The position numbers and the translations under genes are program-made. From a virus (taxonomy: Duplodnaviria > Caudoviricetes): a DNA stretch of 36,193 nucleotides. The stretch lies in the IMG/VR virus record IMGVR_UViG_3300027752_000050, positions 1 to 36,193 of that record; one strand, 5' to 3'. Below, piece by piece: positions 32,643 through 36,193 of this stretch. The notes under the pieces were generated by a model. That model did not search any database. It was given only the letters and a program-made list of their open reading frames with translations, and was not told where the DNA came from. Position 1 is the stretch's first letter. Every line of letters starts with the position of its first letter.

Positions 32643-34483
32643 TGGATGAGATTAAAGTAATACTGGCCGATGGGACTGAGCTATATTTCCCATTGGGCAC
32701 AGATGACGCGATAATTGATGCCAAAGTAAAAGAGGTTGTTTCTGGGCAGTCTCAAGATCCTGCGGCTACAGAGAGGCGGGAGCCTATTGGTCTTGGTGCC
32801 CAAGCAGCGCTTAGCGCAACTCAGGCTGGCTTTGATGCTCTCGGCGGCGACTCTACTCGAGCTCAGAAGGCAAACGAAATATTCGCATCTACTCTTAAAG
32901 GCGATCAGTCTGTTTCAGAGGGTGTAACGCAGGCTTATGGCCAAGGATTTGTTGCGCTAGGTGACTTGTTCGTTGAGGGCGTTGGATTAGCAGGCAAAGG
33001 AATAGCCGCTATGACTCCTGATTTTATCAAAGAACCGGCTGATGCTGTTGGAGATGAAGTAATGAATCAGCTCGGCATCTTCTTTGATCAGCCTTTGATG
33101 CAGGCCGGCAAAAGAGCGTTTGGGGCTGGCGCCGAGGAGTGGGGCGAATTCTCCCAAGAGAATCCCCGCGCAGCTCGCAACATTGAAGCAGGCGTCAATA
33201 TTCTTGGCGTTACTGGTGTCGGTGGCATTGGAAAGCAAAGTGCTAGTCGCTATGCACGAACTTACGAGCCCACTAAGGCGCGAGTAGCCAGAGAGAATAT
33301 TGAGGGTGGCGAATCTACAGCTACACGGAATACGACAGCACCTTATCGCTTAGAGAAGATTGAAGGCGCAGAGCCCACCGTTGTTGGCGAGAGAGGGCCT
33401 TTGCCTGAGCCGACAGTGCCGACTAGAGCGGTTAAGAACCCAACTCAGCAAGCTGCTGTCAAGCAGGGATTCGATGAAGGCTTGGTCGCTATGATCCGAG
33501 AGGCTAGCCCTGCCGACCGCAGAAATATGCTCAGATCTCTCGAGGTAATGAAGGACGCCACCGAAGACAAAAGATTCAGCATGACCAACAGAACGACGGA
33601 CATAGCTGGCGAATCCATACTTAATCGTTACAAACTGATTCGTGACGTAAACCGGAAAGCTGGCGCAGGCATAGATGATTATGCTGAAAAGAATCTGAAA
33701 AAACGCGCGGTAGACTTTGCAGCCCCGATTCAAAATTTCGAGGAATCCTTGCAGAAATTAGGCGTTAAGTTCAACGACGATCTAACCCTGAATTTTGAAG
33801 GCTCGGCAATTGAAGGAGTACTCCCAGCGGAACGAATACTCAACCAGCTAGTCAAGCGTATGAGAGCGCCTAGACAAGTCACTGCTTATGATATTCATAA
33901 CCTTAAGCGCTTTATTGACGAGCAGGTCAACTACGGCAAAGCAGCAGAAGGCTTAAGCGGAAAAACTATCAATGTTATCAAGGGACTTCGCCGCGAGCTA
34001 GACGGGGTGCTGGATAACAAGTTCCCTGAGTATGACAAGCTTAACACTACCTACGCCGAAACGATTCAGGCGATGGATGATTTCAGCACAGCCATAGGCA
34101 GGACCATTGACCCTGACAGCCCTAGCGCAGCAACAGCTATCGGCACTTCTCTAAGAGGCTTAGGGTCCAACAGGCAGACTCGCGGCAGGCTTGTTGATTC
34201 AGTGTCAGAGTTAAACTCTCTGGGTAACAGGTATGGCAGCTTTGATGACGACGTGATTACTCAAACCGCTTTTACTATTGACCTTGATAGAATATTTGGT
34301 ACTAAAGCCGATACCAGTCTTTCGGGAGTGGTTGGGGAGGCGTTGGGTACAATGCCTAGCAGCAACGCTCAATTTGCTGGAGCCGCAGCTAAAGCAGCAG
34401 GAAATAAGCTTAGAGGCGTTAATCAAGAAAAGCAGTTTGAGGCGATGAGAAATCTTCTCAAAAGCTTTGAGCCCTCAAATTAG
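32642..34483 (+). CDS. Probable large DNA ejection protein (gp16-like position)
   Basis: 613 aa, helical; V.L.DGT.L.FP.GT N-terminus; precedes the tail fibre. Confidence 0.65.
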   Translation: MDEIKVILADGTELYFPLGTDDAIIDAKVKEVVSGQSQDPAATERREPIGLGAQAALSATQAGFDALGGDSTRAQKANEIFASTLKGDQSVSEGVTQAYGQGFVALGDLFVEGVGLAGKGIAAMTPDFIKEPADAVGDEVMNQLGIFFDQPLMQAGKRAFGAGAEEWGEFSQENPRAARNIEAGVNILGVTGVGGIGKQSASRYARTYEPTKARVARENIEGGESTATRNTTAPYRLEKIEGAEPTVVGERGPLPEPTVPTRAVKNPTQQAAVKQGFDEGLVAMIREASPADRRNMLRSLEVMKDATEDKRFSMTNRTTDIAGESILNRYKLIRDVNRKAGAGIDDYAEKNLKKRAVDFAAPIQNFEESLQKLGVKFNDDLTLNFEGSAIEGVLPAERILNQLVKRMRAPRQVTAYDIHNLKRFIDEQVNYGKAAEGLSGKTINVIKGLRRELDGVLDNKFPEYDKLNTTYAETIQAMDDFSTAIGRTIDPDSPSAATAIGTSLRGLGSNRQTRGRLVDSVSELNSLGNRYGSFDDDVITQTAFTIDLDRIFGTKADTSLSGVVGEALGTMPSSNAQFAGAAAKAAGNKLRGVNQEKQFEAMRNLLKSFEPSN

Positions 34484-34499
34484 ATTATAGGAAACTACG

Positions 34500-36193
34500 A
34501 TGGCACGTTTCGGCGATTTTGACCAATACCTAGACAACGCTGGCGAACCTTTAGTAGAGGGTAAGCTTTACTTTTACGAGTCCGGCACTACGACTCCTAA
34601 GACTACTTTTGCGGATATCAATAACTCGATCCCGAACACTAATCCCGTTCTACTGTCTGCCGCTGGTCGCCAGCCAAACATCTTTTTTGACGGCGTGGCA
34701 AAGTGCATCCTTGCCGATAATGCCGACGTGCAGATTGCGGTCCGAGATCCTGTAGGCGAGACTGCAACAGATTTCGGTGATCAGTGGGTAGCCACTAAGA
34801 TTTACAGCGCCACCGACGTGGTTCTGGGTTCGGATGGAACATTCTACCGATCGCTTATTAACGGAAATCAGAATAACAATCCTGTGACTACCACGGGCTC
34901 TTGGACCTTGCTTTATTCTGTAGAATGGAATCAGGGCATCACTTATCAGGTTGGCGCGCTGGTCACTTACGGCGGCGAGCAGTACCAATCTCTACAAGGC
35001 ACTAATTTAAACCAGAACCCCTCTACTCAGACAGCGTACTGGGTATTGCTGAGTTTTGCATGGTTAGCCACAGCGACTTATGCAGAGGATCAGAACGCAG
35101 TCGGTACAGATGGTGTTTTATATACCTCTCTCCAAAACTCTAACACTGGCAACGATCCTGCAACCTCACCTGCTTACTGGGTGGGTACAAGTGCAGCGGC
35201 AGCGGCAAGTGCTACTGCTGCTGCGGGTTCTGCTACGGCGGCGGCTGGAAGTGCTACAGCGGCGGCTACCTCTGAGACTAATGCAGCGACTTCGGCTACT
35301 AACGCAGCAACAAGCGCAACTGCAAGTGCATCATCGGCTACGGATAGCGCAACCAGCGCCACAGCATCTGCTGGATCAGCAACGGCGGCGGCATCAAGTG
35401 CAAGTGCGGCAGCTACTAGCGAAACCAATGCAGCAGGAAGTGCAACGGCAGCGGCAAGCTCTGCAACAGCGGCAGCTACCAGTGAGACTAATGCGGCGAA
35501 CTCAGCTACAGCAGCGGCCTCTAGTGCCTCTGGTTCTAGTGGTAGTGCTAGTGCGGCGGCAGCGTCAGCAACAGCAGCGGCGGCTAGTGAGACAGCAGCA
35601 GAGACTGCTAAAACAGCAGCAGAGACTGCGGAAACCAATGCCGAAACAGCAGAGACTAATGCAGCTACTAGCGCAACAGCAGCGGCAGGTTCTGCAACTT
35701 CAGCAGCTACTAACGCAACGGCAGCAGCAGGATCAGCTACGGCGGCAGCAGGCAGTGCAACGGCAGCGGCAGGATCAGCAACAACTGCGGCTGCGACTCT
35801 AGTCGATTTTGAAGAATTGTATCTAGGAGCAAAGTCAACAGCTCCCACAGTGGACAACCAAGGCAACGCTTTAGTCGCAGGTGCTTTGTACTTCAATACT
35901 GTTAGCAACACGATGTTTGTCTACTCAGGCTCGTCTTGGGCAGCAGCAGGAAGCGCAGTAAACGGCACGGCCGAGCGTCAGGAGTACACAGCTACTTCAG
36001 GCCAGACAACTTTCGCTGCGACTTATGACGTAGGTTTTGTTGATGTCTATCTAAATGGATCAAGGCTTGTTCCTACTACCGACTTCACTGCGAGTAACGG
36101 GGCGCAGGTAGTTTTAACCACAGGCGCTACCACAGGCGATAACGTAGGAATAATTGCTTACGGCGCTTTTAGCGTAGCTGATGTTTATACACA
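34500..36193 (+). CDS. Tail fibre 1, 5' part (missing from the ORF track because it runs off the end)
   Basis: MARFGDFDQYLDNAGEPLVEGKLYFYESGTTTPK...NTNPVLL...GR virion-anchoring N-terminus, three Trp/Tyr repeats, Ala/Ser/Thr stalk; in frame with base 1. Confidence 0.9.
   Translation, partial: MARFGDFDQYLDNAGEPLVEGKLYFYESGTTTPKTTFADINNSIPNTNPVLLSAAGRQPNIFFDGVAKCILADNADVQIAVRDPVGETATDFGDQWVATKIYSATDVVLGSDGTFYRSLINGNQNNNPVTTTGSWTLLYSVEWNQGITYQVGALVTYGGEQYQSLQGTNLNQNPSTQTAYWVLLSFAWLATATYAEDQNAVGTDGVLYTSLQNSNTGNDPATSPAYWVGTSAAAAASATAAAGSATAAAGSATAAATSETNAATSATNAATSATASASSATDSATSATASAGSATAAASSASAAATSETNAAGSATAAASSATAAATSETNAANSATAAASSASGSSGSASAAAASATAAAASETAAETAKTAAETAETNAETAETNAATSATAAAGSATSAATNATAAAGSATAAAGSATAAAGSATTAAATLVDFEELYLGAKSTAPTVDNQGNALVAGALYFNTVSNTMFVYSGSSWAAAGSAVNGTAERQEYTATSGQTTFAATYDVGFVDVYLNGSRLVPTTDFTASNGAQVVLTTGATTGDNVGIIAYGAFSVADVYT
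35187..35800 (+). repeat. Low-complexity Ala/Ser/Thr heptad-like coding repeats (SATAAAG/SETNAA)
   Basis: GCN-rich repeats similar in style to the lambda Stf stalk. Confidence 0.9.
35973..36193. repeat. Terminal direct repeat, right copy
   Basis: Identical to 1-221. Confidence 0.97.

Noticed and set aside
17392-34988. Numerous 60-170 aa antisense or alternate-frame ORFs inside structural genes
   Set aside because: Nested in well-supported + strand genes and lacking motifs; typical shadow ORFs.
35080-35911. 240-aa Gln/Arg-rich + ORF and 245-aa Ala/Val-rich - ORF
   Set aside because: Shadow frames of the GCN-rich Ala/Ser/Thr fibre stalk.
1-36193. Integrase, partition genes, methyltransferase, auxiliary metabolic genes or alternative genetic code
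   Set aside because: None recognised; genes tile the genome under the standard code and all three stop codons are used.

Overview
The window is an apparently complete, circularly permuted ~35,972-bp dsDNA phage genome: bases 1-221 are repeated exactly at 35973-36193, and one tail-fibre ORF reads through the junction. The architecture is P22-like podovirus: TerS/TerL, long portal, scaffold, coat, gp4/gp10-type tail proteins, four probable ejection proteins and two large tail fibres. It also has a lysis module, an ERF/YqaJ/SSB recombination module, NinG, DUF3310, an Ocr-like protein, an SF2 helicase and a stand-alone primase-type Zn finger. I see no integrase, CI-type repressor, DNA polymerase or primase catalytic domain, and every credible gene but one is on the + strand. 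The most striking unexplained structure is a candidate RNA-based control circuit. Two predicted minus-strand small RNAs (about 8448-8519 and 12311-12513) display anti-Shine-Dalgarno loops (UAUCUCCGUCAG, UCUCCC, UUCUCC) complementary to an extended TGACGGAGA(TA)/GGAGAA RBS motif shared by early genes but not seen at structural genes. A TGTCA-N11-TGACA operator overlaps three sigma70 -35 boxes, there is a duplicated promoter/hairpin-switch cassette, and there is a ~270-nt highly structured non-coding segment. Also notable: a portal-adjacent ART-like effector with a convergent small acidic gene, and a C-terminal [AS]T[YF]E tag shared by the scaffold and two small basic proteins. All protein assignments come from motif recognition by eye, not database searches. 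A marine Gram-negative (probably proteobacterial) host is an inference.
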